A model generated the notes under the pieces. It saw only the letters and a list, made by a program, of their open reading frames with translations. It made no database searches and was not told where the DNA came from. 64,000 nucleotides of DNA from an uncultured delta proteobacterium (GTDB lineage Bacteria; Myxococcota_A; Polyangia; Polyangiales; Polyangiaceae). The position numbers were made by a program, and so were the translations under genes. The stretch spans positions 3,840,001-3,904,000 of the forward strand of contig CAWDXG010000004.1 of NCBI GenBank assembly GCA_963806225.1, given 5' to 3'. Below, piece after piece: positions 30,856 through 42,375 of the stretch (within the stretch, counting starts at the first letter, position 1; every line of letters begins with the position of its first letter).

Positions 30856-31620
30856 TCAGCCCCAGTAGCGAACAGCCAGCACGCCGCTCAACACGACGCC
30901 TATCGCCACGACCAACCAGCGAACCTTCTGCGGATCGACGCGACGTGCGAGCGCGGCCCCGCCAAAACCGCCGCTCAGCGATCCCACCAACATGGCGCCC
31001 GCGGCTGGCAGGTGTGCCGCACCCCGTGACAGGAAGTAGACGGCTGCCACGCCGTTCAGACCGCCGGTTATGACGGTCTTCATCGCGTTCATCTGGTGGA
31101 TGCTCATGCGATGCAGCAAGGCCAGGAGCGCCAACGTGATGATGCCGATGCCCGCTCCAAAATAGCCGCCGTACACCGCCATCACGGCGAGGCCCAGCGC
31201 TACCCCCACGACGCGAGCGCGCGTCGAGCTGCCGCCGGCAGCCGCCGCCTTGCGCCAGAGCACGTCCTTGAGCACGAGCGTGAGGGTCGCGCCGAGCACC
31301 AACCACGGCACCACCAGCTCGAACACCCGCGGCGGCGCCGCCAGGAGCAGCGTCGCGCCCGCGAGCCCCCCGACCGCGGCGGGAGCCGTGAGCAGGAGCG
31401 CGAGCCGTGCATTGCCGGTGAGCTCACGGCGATACGCCCACGCGGAGGCCAACACGCCCGGCGCCAGAGCAACCGTGTTGGTGGCGCTCGCGGTGACCGG
31501 CGAGAGTCCGGCTGCCACGGCCGCAGGCCACGAGATCAGCGAGCCTCCGCCCGCGACCGAGTTGATGGCGCCGGCGAGGACCGCCGCGAGCGCGAGCAGC
31601 ACGAGACGCGAGGGGTCCAT
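30856..31620 (-). CDS. TSUP (TauE/SafE) family membrane transporter
   Basis: AINSVAGGGSLIS, ASATN, YGGYFGAGIG; polytopic. Confidence 0.9.
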   Translation of the reverse strand: MDPSRLVLLALAAVLAGAINSVAGGGSLISWPAAVAAGLSPVTASATNTVALAPGVLASAWAYRRELTGNARLALLLTAPAAVGGLAGATLLLAAPPRVFELVVPWLVLGATLTLVLKDVLWRKAAAAGGSSTRARVVGVALGLAVMAVYGGYFGAGIGIITLALLALLHRMSIHQMNAMKTVITGGLNGVAAVYFLSRGAAHLPAAGAMLVGSLSGGFGGAALARRVDPQKVRWLVVAIGVVLSGVLAVRYWG

Positions 31621-31769
31621 TCCGGCTCCAGGTCATAGCGCGAATGACGCCCGACCATCGGCCGCCGTTTCCCTGCCAGATACGCGATAGCTCTGAACAG
31701 ATGCGCAGATAGTAATAAACAGTGGCAGGCTCGCCCACAGACCCCTCAGGACGCGGGAAGAGGGGCGAC

Positions 31770-32312
31770 ATGGGGCGGCGAATCATTGTCTATCCGCAGG
31801 GGCTGGCGACGGAGGCAGAGCGGGAGCACTGCGACGCGCTCGCGCACTTCTGTGGCGGGGACCTCCAGCGTGTCTTCGAGCGCTCCGGCCGGTCGCTGGC
31901 CACCTTCCTCGACTACGCGGCGCGCCTGAGGGTGATGCACGACCGCCGTGCAGAGGCCCTGGTCGTGCTCACCCGGACCGACCCGCTCACCCTGTTGCTG
32001 CCGGCGCGCCGCGCCCTGGAGCAGGCACTGCCGACATTGTCTACCGCGCTCTGGGCTCTGTACTGGGACGCGGCTCGTGATCCCGAGCTGCTGGAACGAG
32101 CGCGAAAGACAGGTTCGCTCGAGGAGCCCGCGAACCAGGCCCCCATCTGGACCGCGCCGAACAACATGTCGTTCCTGATTCTGTCGCAACGCGTAAGCGC
32201 CGACAGCGAGCTGACCCAGCGCGTCGGCGTGCTGCGGGAGAAGCCGCAGCGCTCATCGGGCGTGCAGCGCGTCGACCGGCAGGCGGAGCCCGCCGTAGCG
32301 AGTGCGCCCTAG
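31770..32312 (+). CDS. Hypothetical protein
   Basis: ORF with GAGGGG RBS and GC-rich third codon positions. Confidence 0.5.
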   Translation: MGRRIIVYPQGLATEAEREHCDALAHFCGGDLQRVFERSGRSLATFLDYAARLRVMHDRRAEALVVLTRTDPLTLLLPARRALEQALPTLSTALWALYWDAARDPELLERARKTGSLEEPANQAPIWTAPNNMSFLILSQRVSADSELTQRVGVLREKPQRSSGVQRVDRQAEPAVASAP

Positions 32313-32773
32313 GCGACCGCGCGCAGCGAGGCGGGCGGCTCCGAGGGCAGCGCGCGGACGCGAAGCGTGAGGCCTTCGTCGGCGTCGAGCTCGTCGGCAA
32401 GCCCGGCCACGATCCGGCAGAGCTCGCGTCGATGGGCGGCGGCACCGTCAAGAACGACCACGACCTGCCCGCCTCCGGACACCGAGAGCTCGTACAGAAG
32501 CGCGCGGAGCAGGGTGCGGCGCGAGGCCATCATGGCCGCGCCGCCCTCTCCGTTGCACACGACCATGGCCCGCTGTGCAGAAGTTCCGCGCACGATGCCG
32601 CGGATGCGCCCCAGCGCCCTCCCGGCGAACCCGTCGTACGCTTCGTCGCCGCTCTGGGCGAGCACCCACACGCTGCTGTCCGGCCCGTTCTGCCCGTCGA
32701 TCCAGCCCGGCCAGCGGCTTCCCCGCTCCATCACCACCATCGCTTCGCTCGTCATCGCCGCGGATCGTCCCAT
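32309..32773 (-). CDS. Hypothetical protein
   Basis: ORF convergent with its neighbour; VVMERGSRWPGW motif. Confidence 0.5.
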   Translation of the reverse strand: MGRSAAMTSEAMVVMERGSRWPGWIDGQNGPDSSVWVLAQSGDEAYDGFAGRALGRIRGIVRGTSAQRAMVVCNGEGGAAMMASRRTLLRALLYELSVSGGGQVVVVLDGAAAHRRELCRIVAGLADELDADEGLTLRVRALPSEPPASLRAVA

Positions 32774-32826
32774 GACCGGAGCCGCGCGGGCCACAAAAGC
32801 GTAAGCTCGGGCCGGTGCAGCCGGAC

Positions 32827-33300
32827 ATGATGGGCTACGCGGGAGCGTCGGCAGAGCCACGCATGACCGCGCAGGACGCCGAACAGCTCAGACTCCTGTC
32901 GATCTTCCAGTTCGTCTACGCAGGGCTGATGGGGCTGGTAGCGCTGATACCGATCATCCACGTCTCGCTCGGCGTGGCGATCGTTTCGGGCGCCCTGCCG
33001 ATGGGGCCCTCCGGCGGCAGCGCCGGCGGGCCGCCACCGGCCGTGATGGGATGGTTCTTCATCGTGATCGGCGGAGCGATCATCCTGTTTGGATTCCTGA
33101 CTGCAGCCCTGAACGCGCTGGGGGCGCTGTTCCTGCGCCGCCATACGCACCGCACGTTCTGCATGGTCGTCGCGGCCGTCGACTGTTTGAACATGCCGCT
33201 CGGAACCGCGCTGGGCGTCTTCACGCTGATCGTCCTGGGGCGGCCAGGTGTTCGCGCGGAGTTCAGAAGGTCGGCGGGCAACCTGCCCTACGCAGCGTGA
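32827..33300 (+). CDS. Hypothetical membrane protein
   Basis: LRLLSIF, three hydrophobic helices, CLNMPLGTALGVFTLIVL.RP.VR. Confidence 0.7.
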   Translation: MMGYAGASAEPRMTAQDAEQLRLLSIFQFVYAGLMGLVALIPIIHVSLGVAIVSGALPMGPSGGSAGGPPPAVMGWFFIVIGGAIILFGFLTAALNALGALFLRRHTHRTFCMVVAAVDCLNMPLGTALGVFTLIVLGRPGVRAEFRRSAGNLPYAA

Positions 33301-33307
33301 GCCCGCG

Positions 33308-36091
33308 CTAGGCTGCGCGCCGGCGACGCTTCGGCAGGAACTTGCGATCGAAGAGCCGCACGCGGCGGATCAGCAGGTCGAGCAGGAACGCCAGGATCGC
33401 CGCGAGGATGAAGCGGTTGTGCAGCTGCTTGTGGTAGACGATCTTGTCCTTGCCGGGGTCGAAGACAGCCTTCGGCTTCGGATCAAGCGTGCCGCCCCCT
33501 GCCAGCGCGGCGCGCTCCAGGCGGTCCACATCAGGCTCGAAGCTCGCGTACTCGCGCGGATACGGGTTCGAGATGTGGCCGTAGCTGACGGCAATCTGCT
33601 TCAGGTTGTCGTTCTTGTCCCGCTTGTAGTGCTTGGCCTGGAGCAGGAAGGAGCCGTACTTGTCCAGCCTGAACTGTGCCTGGTAGCGGCCGGGCGCGAT
33701 CTGCTTCATGTCGACCTCTCGACGGTCGCCGTCCGGTTCCGGCCCCTTGATGACCAGCTTCGACTCCATGTCGTTGTCGAATCGCTCGTCCAGGCTGAAG
33801 GCGTCGACGGTGGCGCGCACGACACCGTTTTCGACCTCTGTCTTCATGTCCAGCTCGCGGCGCTGCTTCTTGCGCATGTTGTCGCGAACCAGCTGCCCCC
33901 AGAACTTGCTGTAGCCCGGCCAGCGCAGCCAATCGACCGCCCAAAGGTTCTTCACGTCGCTGGTCCAGGCCAGCGTGGTGCCGAGGCCCACCTTCGAGCG
34001 CGCCAGAATCGGTTCACCGCGGTCGCTGGCCAGGATGAGCTGCGCGGGCGGGCCCTTCATCTGGGTCGCGACATAGCCGTGCAGAAGCGGCGCGGAATTG
34101 ATGGCAATGCCCTTGAGGAAATCCGCCGGCGCGACCTGCTGCACCGGGAACCACTCTTCCACCGCCGCCTGCCTCGCGATGAGCTCCGTCTCCCGCGTGA
34201 AGATCTTCGGCAGGCTGTTGGGATCCGGAACCGCATGGTAGCGGCCGCCACCAGTCTCCGCGATCATGCGTAGCAGGTCCCCGTCGGCGCCGTCGCCAAG
34301 GCCGACGGTGGTCACCGTGATCGACTCCGCGATCATCGCCTGCACCAGATCCTTGATGCCCTGCGACGGGGCACGGCCGTCGGTGAGCAGGATGACGTGC
34401 TTCTTCCGCGCCTGCACCACGCTGATGTCCTGGTAGGCCATGTCGAGCGCGGGGAAGATCTCGGTGCCGCCACCCGCCTGGATCCGCGCGATCTCGTTCT
34501 GGATCCGGCTCCTGTAGCGTGCCGGCCCCATCTTCACGTAGCGGTTCGGCGTGGAATCGAACGCGATCACCTCGATCAGATCGTCGCCCTGCAGCGTGCC
34601 GACGGTGGCCTTGCAGGCGGCTTTCGCCATTTCGATGGGCAGGCCGTTCATCGATCCGGAGCGGTCGATAACCAGCACCATGGCCACGCTCGGCATGTCC
34701 TTGCGGCGCTGCGCGTCCATGCGCACCGGCAGGATGCGTTCGATCGTGGTGTGCGCCCAGCCGCCCAGCCCGTAGCCGTTCTCGCCGCCCGCGAACAGGA
34801 AGCCGCCGCCCAGGTCGCGGACGTACTTCTCGATCAGATCCTGCGAAGCGAGGCTCACCTGCTCCTTCGGCACATCGCTGAGGATCACGAAGTCGTAGCG
34901 CTCGAGCTCTTTCAGGCTGGCGGGAAAGGCCGCGGGGGCGCGCACGTCGACATCGAACTGCTGGGCGCTCAGCGCGCTCGTCAGATAGCTGGCACGGGAC
35001 GGCTGCCCCTCGACGTACAGGATGGCGGGGCGACCGGGCACGTCGAGCGTCGCGCTGTAGCTGTTGTTCTGCTTGAACTTGTCGCTCGTGAGCTGGTCCA
35101 GCTTGAGCGAGTAGGTGACGGGACCGCCCACGCGCACCACGCTCTTGAACTTGACCTCGTTGTTGCCCGGCTTCAGGTCCAGATCCCGCACGCTGTCGAG
35201 GCCGTTGAGCGTCACGCCCTGGTAGAGCCGGGCGTGCGCCTTCTCGTGGCGGCTGGCGTAGATGTCGGCGGTGATGTCGAACGGCTGCCCGATGTCGACC
35301 TTGTCCGGCAGGTGCAGGGTCTTGAGCGCGACCTCGCCGGGCGGCGGACGCCGATAGGGCACCGCGAAGAGCTTCACACCGAAGCCACGCGCGCGGTTCG
35401 CCTCGGCCAGCACGTCTCCATCCGTCTCGACACCGTCGCTCATGAGCACGGCGTGCTTGAGGTAGCCCGGCGGGAACACGCCGTAGGCGAGCTGCAGCGC
35501 CGCCTGCAGATCGCTGCCCGCACCCGGGTCGACCGGATCCTTCGGGTCGTCCGGCGTCTCGTGGCGCAGCTTTCCGACCGGCGGAACCACGAGCTTTCCG
35601 TCCTTCTTCTCCAGCTCCACCAGACGCGGGCGGCGCGCGAACGTCACCAGCCGGACCAGGTCGTCCTTCTTCTGCGCCTTGATGGCCTGCTCGACCACCT
35701 TGCGCGCATCCTCGATCGAAGCGTTCTGGACCGAGTCGCTGACATCCATCAGGAAAACGGTGCAGACCTTCTGCGTCTCGGCCGTGCGCGCAAGCCGCGC
35801 CAGGCCGAGCGCCAACAGCCCGATGAATGCGATCCGGAGCAGAACCGACAGCACACGCTGCTGCCAGGGCAGGTCGGCAAGCGAGCGCCCCAGCACGAAC
35901 AGCAGCAGCGGCGCCACCAGCAGGATGCCGAGGGTCCGCGGCTGCAGAAACTCGTAGGTCACGCCGTGGCGGACCCACTTGATGGTCGCGGTAGGCGCGT
36001 CGAGGATGAAGTGCTTGTAGGCGGCGAACAGGCCGACGCCGACCAGGGCGATGAAAAGCCCCCACACGACTTTTCGCGTGCGCGGGCTCAT
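33308..36091 (-). CDS. Membrane protein with two vWA domains and a class I glutamine-amidotransferase-like domain
   Basis: DVSDSV and DRSGSM MIDAS motifs, LMSDG/LLTDG, YDFVILSDV..GGGFLFAGG..LPV; N- and C-terminal TM helices. Confidence 0.85.
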   Translation of the reverse strand: MSPRTRKVVWGLFIALVGVGLFAAYKHFILDAPTATIKWVRHGVTYEFLQPRTLGILLVAPLLLFVLGRSLADLPWQQRVLSVLLRIAFIGLLALGLARLARTAETQKVCTVFLMDVSDSVQNASIEDARKVVEQAIKAQKKDDLVRLVTFARRPRLVELEKKDGKLVVPPVGKLRHETPDDPKDPVDPGAGSDLQAALQLAYGVFPPGYLKHAVLMSDGVETDGDVLAEANRARGFGVKLFAVPYRRPPPGEVALKTLHLPDKVDIGQPFDITADIYASRHEKAHARLYQGVTLNGLDSVRDLDLKPGNNEVKFKSVVRVGGPVTYSLKLDQLTSDKFKQNNSYSATLDVPGRPAILYVEGQPSRASYLTSALSAQQFDVDVRAPAAFPASLKELERYDFVILSDVPKEQVSLASQDLIEKYVRDLGGGFLFAGGENGYGLGGWAHTTIERILPVRMDAQRRKDMPSVAMVLVIDRSGSMNGLPIEMAKAACKATVGTLQGDDLIEVIAFDSTPNRYVKMGPARYRSRIQNEIARIQAGGGTEIFPALDMAYQDISVVQARKKHVILLTDGRAPSQGIKDLVQAMIAESITVTTVGLGDGADGDLLRMIAETGGGRYHAVPDPNSLPKIFTRETELIARQAAVEEWFPVQQVAPADFLKGIAINSAPLLHGYVATQMKGPPAQLILASDRGEPILARSKVGLGTTLAWTSDVKNLWAVDWLRWPGYSKFWGQLVRDNMRKKQRRELDMKTEVENGVVRATVDAFSLDERFDNDMESKLVIKGPEPDGDRREVDMKQIAPGRYQAQFRLDKYGSFLLQAKHYKRDKNDNLKQIAVSYGHISNPYPREYASFEPDVDRLERAALAGGGTLDPKPKAVFDPGKDKIVYHKQLHNRFILAAILAFLLDLLIRRVRLFDRKFLPKRRRRAA

Positions 36092-37975
36092 ACCGTCACC
36101 CTCCGGTGGTACGTGATCCACTCCAGCAGCGACAGCAGCACCGCCCCGAAGAGGAGGTACAGCCACAGCTCGCGGCGCACGCCCGCGTGGAAGTCGAGCG
36201 ACGCCGTGGCCTTCTGTCCGCCGAGCTCCAGCTTGTCCACGGGCTTGATCCGGCTCTCCGATACGTCCGAGAGGTTGGCGGCGAACATGCTGGTGACCGG
36301 TGGCTCGCCGGGCACGATGAGCTTGTAGAAGCCGGCCTGGTCACCGAGGTAGACCGCGCGTCCTTCCTTGACCGGCACGCGGTGCTCGTGTCCGGCGGGG
36401 TCGACCAGTGTCGCCACCTCGGCGGTGCTGGGCGCGGGGATCCGCCATACCTCGCCGGTGCGGTACGACGAGAGATACCCGGTGTCCTCCTCGACGAAGC
36501 TGTTGATGGTGTTGAGGACGAAGAGCGGCCACCCGACCCGCAGCACGAAGTCGCTCTGCCGGGGATCGAAGCCGAGCTCGACGAACCTGCGGCCGTTGCG
36601 GCGACCGGCAACCAGGATCGGACCCTTCACGCTGGCTCCGATCACGTGGTCCTCGCGCTCGGGCTCGAGCTTGTGGCCGTCGGCCACCTGGATGTCGCCC
36701 ATGTCGATCCAGCGCAGGACCGGGCTCTTCTTGTCCCACACGTCGAAGCCGAACGCGTCGATCGAGTGACCGGGCTTCACCGGCGCGCTCGCGTCGTCCG
36801 GCGGGTCGAGGTACAGCGCCGAGCCGGTGTTCTTCGCCAGCGGCGGAGCGACGCCGTCGAAAATCGTAACGTCGTAGTTCTCCTTGGGCGGGTACTTCGA
36901 CGGCGCGATCTCGGTCACGTCGAGGTACTCGTCGAGCAGCAGCGCCGCTTCGAGATAGGTGTTCCCGCGCGTGACGGCGAGCACCCGCGCGCGGTGCCGT
37001 TCGGGCATGAGGGCGTAGGCGTGGTCATCCGCCGGGAGGTCGTCGTGTTCGCCGTCGGCGAGCTTGATCGTCGCTTCCAGCGTGCGGCTGGCGCCCGCGA
37101 GGTCCTTGTAGAACCGCGGCAGGCGTTCGTTCGGCGCCAGGTGAAGCCGCGTCACGTCCACGACCTGGCCGTCGCCGAGCAGCGTGAGCTCGACATCCAC
37201 CGGCTTGTCGTTGGTATTGGTGACCTCGAGCATCACCTCGTAGCGGGATTTGTCGAGCGGGTAGCGCCGCACGGAAAAGCGGGTGATCGCGACGTTTTTC
37301 CCGCTCTTCCCGATCGGCACGTATTTCAGGTCGACGTCGCCGGAGGTCGAGCCCCCGCGCGATCTCCTTTGGATCACCGACCTCGCCATCGCTGAGCACG
37401 ATGATCTCCGGGCGCGGCAGATCGCGCAAGCTGTCGAGCGCAAAGCGCAGGCCGCGCGCCAGGTCGGCGCGCGTGTCGGAGGCGTGGATCTGGTCGACAG
37501 CCGCTTGCAGGTTCGACTCGTCGCCGCTCATCGTGGAAAGCGGTCTGAGCGATGCGTCCATCTGCGCAATCAGCATCCGGTCGGAGCCGCCCAGGCCGCG
37601 CACCATCTTCGCCAGCTTCTGCTTTGCGACGGCGATGCGTGAAGGCTTCACGTCGGTCGCCTTCATGCTGGCGCTCGCGTCCACCAGCACCACGATGTTC
37701 CGGCCCTTGGTGACCGAACGCGACAGGCGCGGATCGCCCAGCGCCAGGACCAGCAGCGCGAGCAGCAGCAGCTGCAGCAGCAGCGACAGCAGCCGCTTGA
37801 GCTGCGAGAACAGCGTGGTCGCTTCCTTGTCGCGCAGGATGCGCTGCCAGATGTGCGAGAACGGCACCGCAACCGGTCGCCGCCTGAGCTTGAGGATATA
37901 CAAGACGACGACCAGGCCGCCCGCGATGCCGCCGATCGCGAGCAGCGTGGAAAGCGGAAGCCCGGCGAAGATCAC
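36088..37975 (-). CDS. BatA-like N-terminal/vWA membrane protein; frameshift near 37345
   Basis: LYILKLRRR, LLLQLL..LALGDP, LVDASASM, VLSDG; C-terminal ELWLYL..LEW. Confidence 0.85.
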
Positions 37976-38924
37976 CTGAGGAACCCTCCGCGCCGGAACA
38001 CCCGGAGCACCAGCTCGTCGAACGACGCTTCCACGTCAGCAGGGAAGTACGGCACCTGGTGGGTCGTGCAGAAGCGTTCGATCTCGGCCTGGTACTCGCT
38101 CCAGGCGCGCTGCCATCTTCTCGAGCATCTTCTGCGTGACGGTGATTTCGCGCTCCTCGCCGGTCTCGCAATCGTAGATGCGCACGTCGCCCTTGAGCTT
38201 CGGGCGCGCCTCCTTGGGATCGATGATGTGCAGGACGTAGGGTTCGAACTTGTTGTAGCGGAGCACGTTGATGCCCGCCTCGAACCCCGCCGGGTCGTAC
38301 AGATCGCTGATGAGCACCGCCAATCCGCGGCGCTTGTGCTGGGCAACGAAGGTCTTGAGGCTGTCCGCCAGGTTCGTGGTGCCGTCGGGCTCCAGCGTTC
38401 GCAGGAACTGGAAGACCTTGAAGATGCGACCCTTGCCGCGGGTGGTGGGCATGCGCGCCACGACCTCGTCGCTCACGCCGACAATTGTCACCCGGTCCAG
38501 GTTGGCCAGGCCCACGTAGGCCAGCGCTGCAGCGAGCCGCCGCGCCTGATCGAACTTGCGCCCGTCGCCGAAACCCATGCTCGTGGAGCAGTCGACGATG
38601 AAGTAGATACTGAGATCTTCTTCTTCCTCGTACAGCCGCACCAGCAGCCGGCCGAAGCGCTGGTAGATATTCCAGTCGACGTAGCGGAAGTCGTCGCCCG
38701 GCACGTAGTCGCGGTGGTCGGCGAACTCGACGCCGCTGCCCTTCTTCTTGGTGCGGCGGTCGGCTCTGCAGCCGCCCGGCAAACACGCGACGGCTGACGA
38801 TCGCGAGCGTCTCCAGCTTCTTCTGGAACTCGTCGTCGAAGAGCTCGGCACGCTCCGGACGCACGAACCCCATCCGCCGCGAAACCGGCGCCGTGGCCCG
38901 CTTGAAGACGTCGAGAACGCTCAT
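37972..38924 (-). CDS. DUF58 family protein; frameshifts near 38765 and 38105
   Basis: GSGVEFADHRDYVPGDDFRYVDWN, DCSTSM, LISDL. Confidence 0.9.
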
Positions 38925-38943
38925 CAGCCGGTCCTACCGTCCG

Positions 38944-39948
<1,005 letters not shown>

Positions 39949-40035
39949 GGCTCCCTCGATGGCTCGCGCCCTGGGGCGCGTCCGCTCGGATTGATCCACA
40001 AGCTGGGCAGGCGACGCTGTCGATACCGGCTATCC

Positions 40036-41956
40036 TCACTGGCGAGGCCGGATCAGCTGGAAGTACCGCCGCACGTAGAAGCGGTAGCCCGGCGGGATCT
40101 GGTCGTGGTTCATCACCTGCTCGGCTACGGTGTGGTAGTCGGTGTAGACCTTCTGGTAGCCGCGTCCCACGAAGCCGCGCTGCGCGGCGCCGTAGATCAC
40201 CTGGCTCGATGCCTTGCCCTGACCGGTGTCCTTGGCCGCGGCAGTCACGTCCTTCGTCTGTCCCTTGAGGTGGGTCTTGTCGCCCTTGAGGTTCGCGTCG
40301 TGGCCCGTCCCCCAGCTGTCGCCGCCCTTGCCCGCACCGCCACCGGGCTTGTCCCCGCTGCCCTGCTGGCCCGCTCCCTGACCTTGGCCGCCGGGCTGCC
40401 CAGCTCCGGGCTGCTGTCCGCCCATGCCGGGCATGAGGATCGATTTCCCACCACCCGGCCGCATCACGAGCGTGTCGCCCCCCTTGCCGCCCGGCTTCAG
40501 ACCCTGCCCCTGCTTGCCCTGCCCCTGCTTGCCGCCCTGTCCCTGCTGACCGCGCGCGCGCTGGGCGAAATTTGAGCAGCCGCTGCAACCGCTGCTTGCC
40601 CCCTTTGCCCTGCTGGCGCATCAGCTCGCGTAGCTCCTGCAGACGGCGGCGCAGCTCTTCCTTTTCCTTGTCGCTCATCTGCTCGCGCGCCATGCGGTTG
40701 ATGTCCTGGGCGCCCTGTTCCAGGTCCTTGGCGCTCATGCCCATCTGGCGCATGAGATCCTCGGCCGCCTGGGCCAGCTCGCGGTCGAGCCGGGAAAGCT
40801 GCCGCTGGGCGCGCTTTGCCTGGTCCTTCTGCCGGTCGAGGCGTTCGAGCTGGCGCTCCTTCTTGCGCAACAAGCTCCGCTGCTTGTTGCTCATCCCGCC
40901 GTCCTGCTTCTGCTTCTTGAGCAGGCTCTTCCGCTCCTTTTCGAGCTCTTTGCGGCGCTTCTCGATGCGTGCCAGCCGGCTCTTCTGCGCCTTGCTGGCC
41001 TTCTTCATCGCCTGGCGGAGCTGGTCGAGCTGGGCCTTGCTTGGCTTCTTGCCCTTGCGCTTCAACGCCTTGGCGAGATCGCGCATGGCCTTCTCGGCGT
41101 CCGCGAGGTTCTTCTGCTTGAGCGGGGTGGCGATCGGCTTCGAGAGGTCGGCCTTCTCGAGCTCCTCGGCGATGCCCTTGAGGCCCTGTTCGCGCGCATC
41201 CCGATCCGCCTTGGCTCCCTCGAGCAGCTGGCGGTCGAGCGCCTCCATGCGCTTGAACACCTCGCGGCGATCGAGCCGGCGGTGAGCGATGTCCTCGATG
41301 AGCTGGTTGAAGCGGCGGACCGCGGCCAGCGTCTCCGGGTCCTGGGTCTTGTCTTTCATCTCCCTGGCCATGCCGCGGAACAACTCGACGTCGTCGGGGC
41401 TCATGACCAGGGGATTGAAGTCGTCCGGCGGCGGGATCACCCGCGCGGTGCGCACCTCGAGCAACGACACGCCGACGAGCGCGACGACCAGCACGGCCGC
41501 CACTGCGAGCTCCCGTGGCAGATGCAGCGGCGCCGCGCGGCGCGGCTCGAGGTCCGGAGCACGGGCGACCGCGTCGTCGATGGCGGCGTCCATCAGAGCC
41601 GTGCGCTGCTCGGCGGGGAGCTCCTGGAAGCTCAACGCGCTCGCGATACGGTCGTCCAGGCGGTGGTGGCGGTCGAGCAGCAGCGCTCCATGGTGGCGTG
41701 GTCGCGCCTTGAGCCACGCATGCAGCGTGCCCCCGACCAACACGGCCAGAGGCAGGAGCCCGAGAAGCAGCACCGTCTGCTGGAGCTCGGGCGTAGGTCG
41801 CACCACCTTGACCCAGGTGAGGAAGCCGATCGCGTAGACGAGTGGGAGCGGCAGGAGCAGAGCGGCGCGTGCCAGCGTTTCGTCAACGCGCTGCCGCAGC
41901 GCCGTCCGGCGAGCAGCGCGTGCCAGGCGCTTCAGGTTGGCTTGTCGCTCCGGCAA
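40036..41956 (-). CDS. Membrane-anchored long coiled-coil protein, first gene of the MoxR operon; frameshift near 40560
   Basis: N-terminal TM helices, Q/K/E/R-rich coiled coil, Gly/Gln linker, C-terminal [13 protein letters not shown]. Confidence 0.8.
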
Positions 41957-42375
41957 GTTCTCGTTTGCTCCTTCCTACGGACCTGACGCTTCTAACGCGC
42001 GAAAGTTCCGTCGCCTTTCGCTTCGCCCCAAGCTAGCAGATGGTAGCGCGCGCCCTGGCGCGGCTCGACCCCTGGATGCGGACAGGAGCCCGCGCCGGCA
42101 CTTCCAACAAGCGTGCGTGATTTCCGTAGTTTAGCATGCCAACCCGGCGCCGCACTGCGGCTCGGGCGGCGGCAGGTGTCAGCCATCGGACCACCCTGGG
42201 CGCGGCGTCCTTGGGCACTCCGTCTGGTCGGGACGCGAGGTCTCCGACGCGCCGGCCGGCAGCTGTGTTCCCGTTGACGGCACCCGCGACGCCTGGCCAT
42301 GACGATTCCCGTGGTTGACGCCCGAGCGCGCACTGGTCTCGAATAGCCCCCCCCGCCCCCCTGGAGTCCACGAAC

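Noticed and set aside
42125..42145. Possible sigma54 promoter (TTGGCATG) on the minus strand upstream of the MoxR operon
   Set aside because: The -12 TTGC element is absent at the required spacing.
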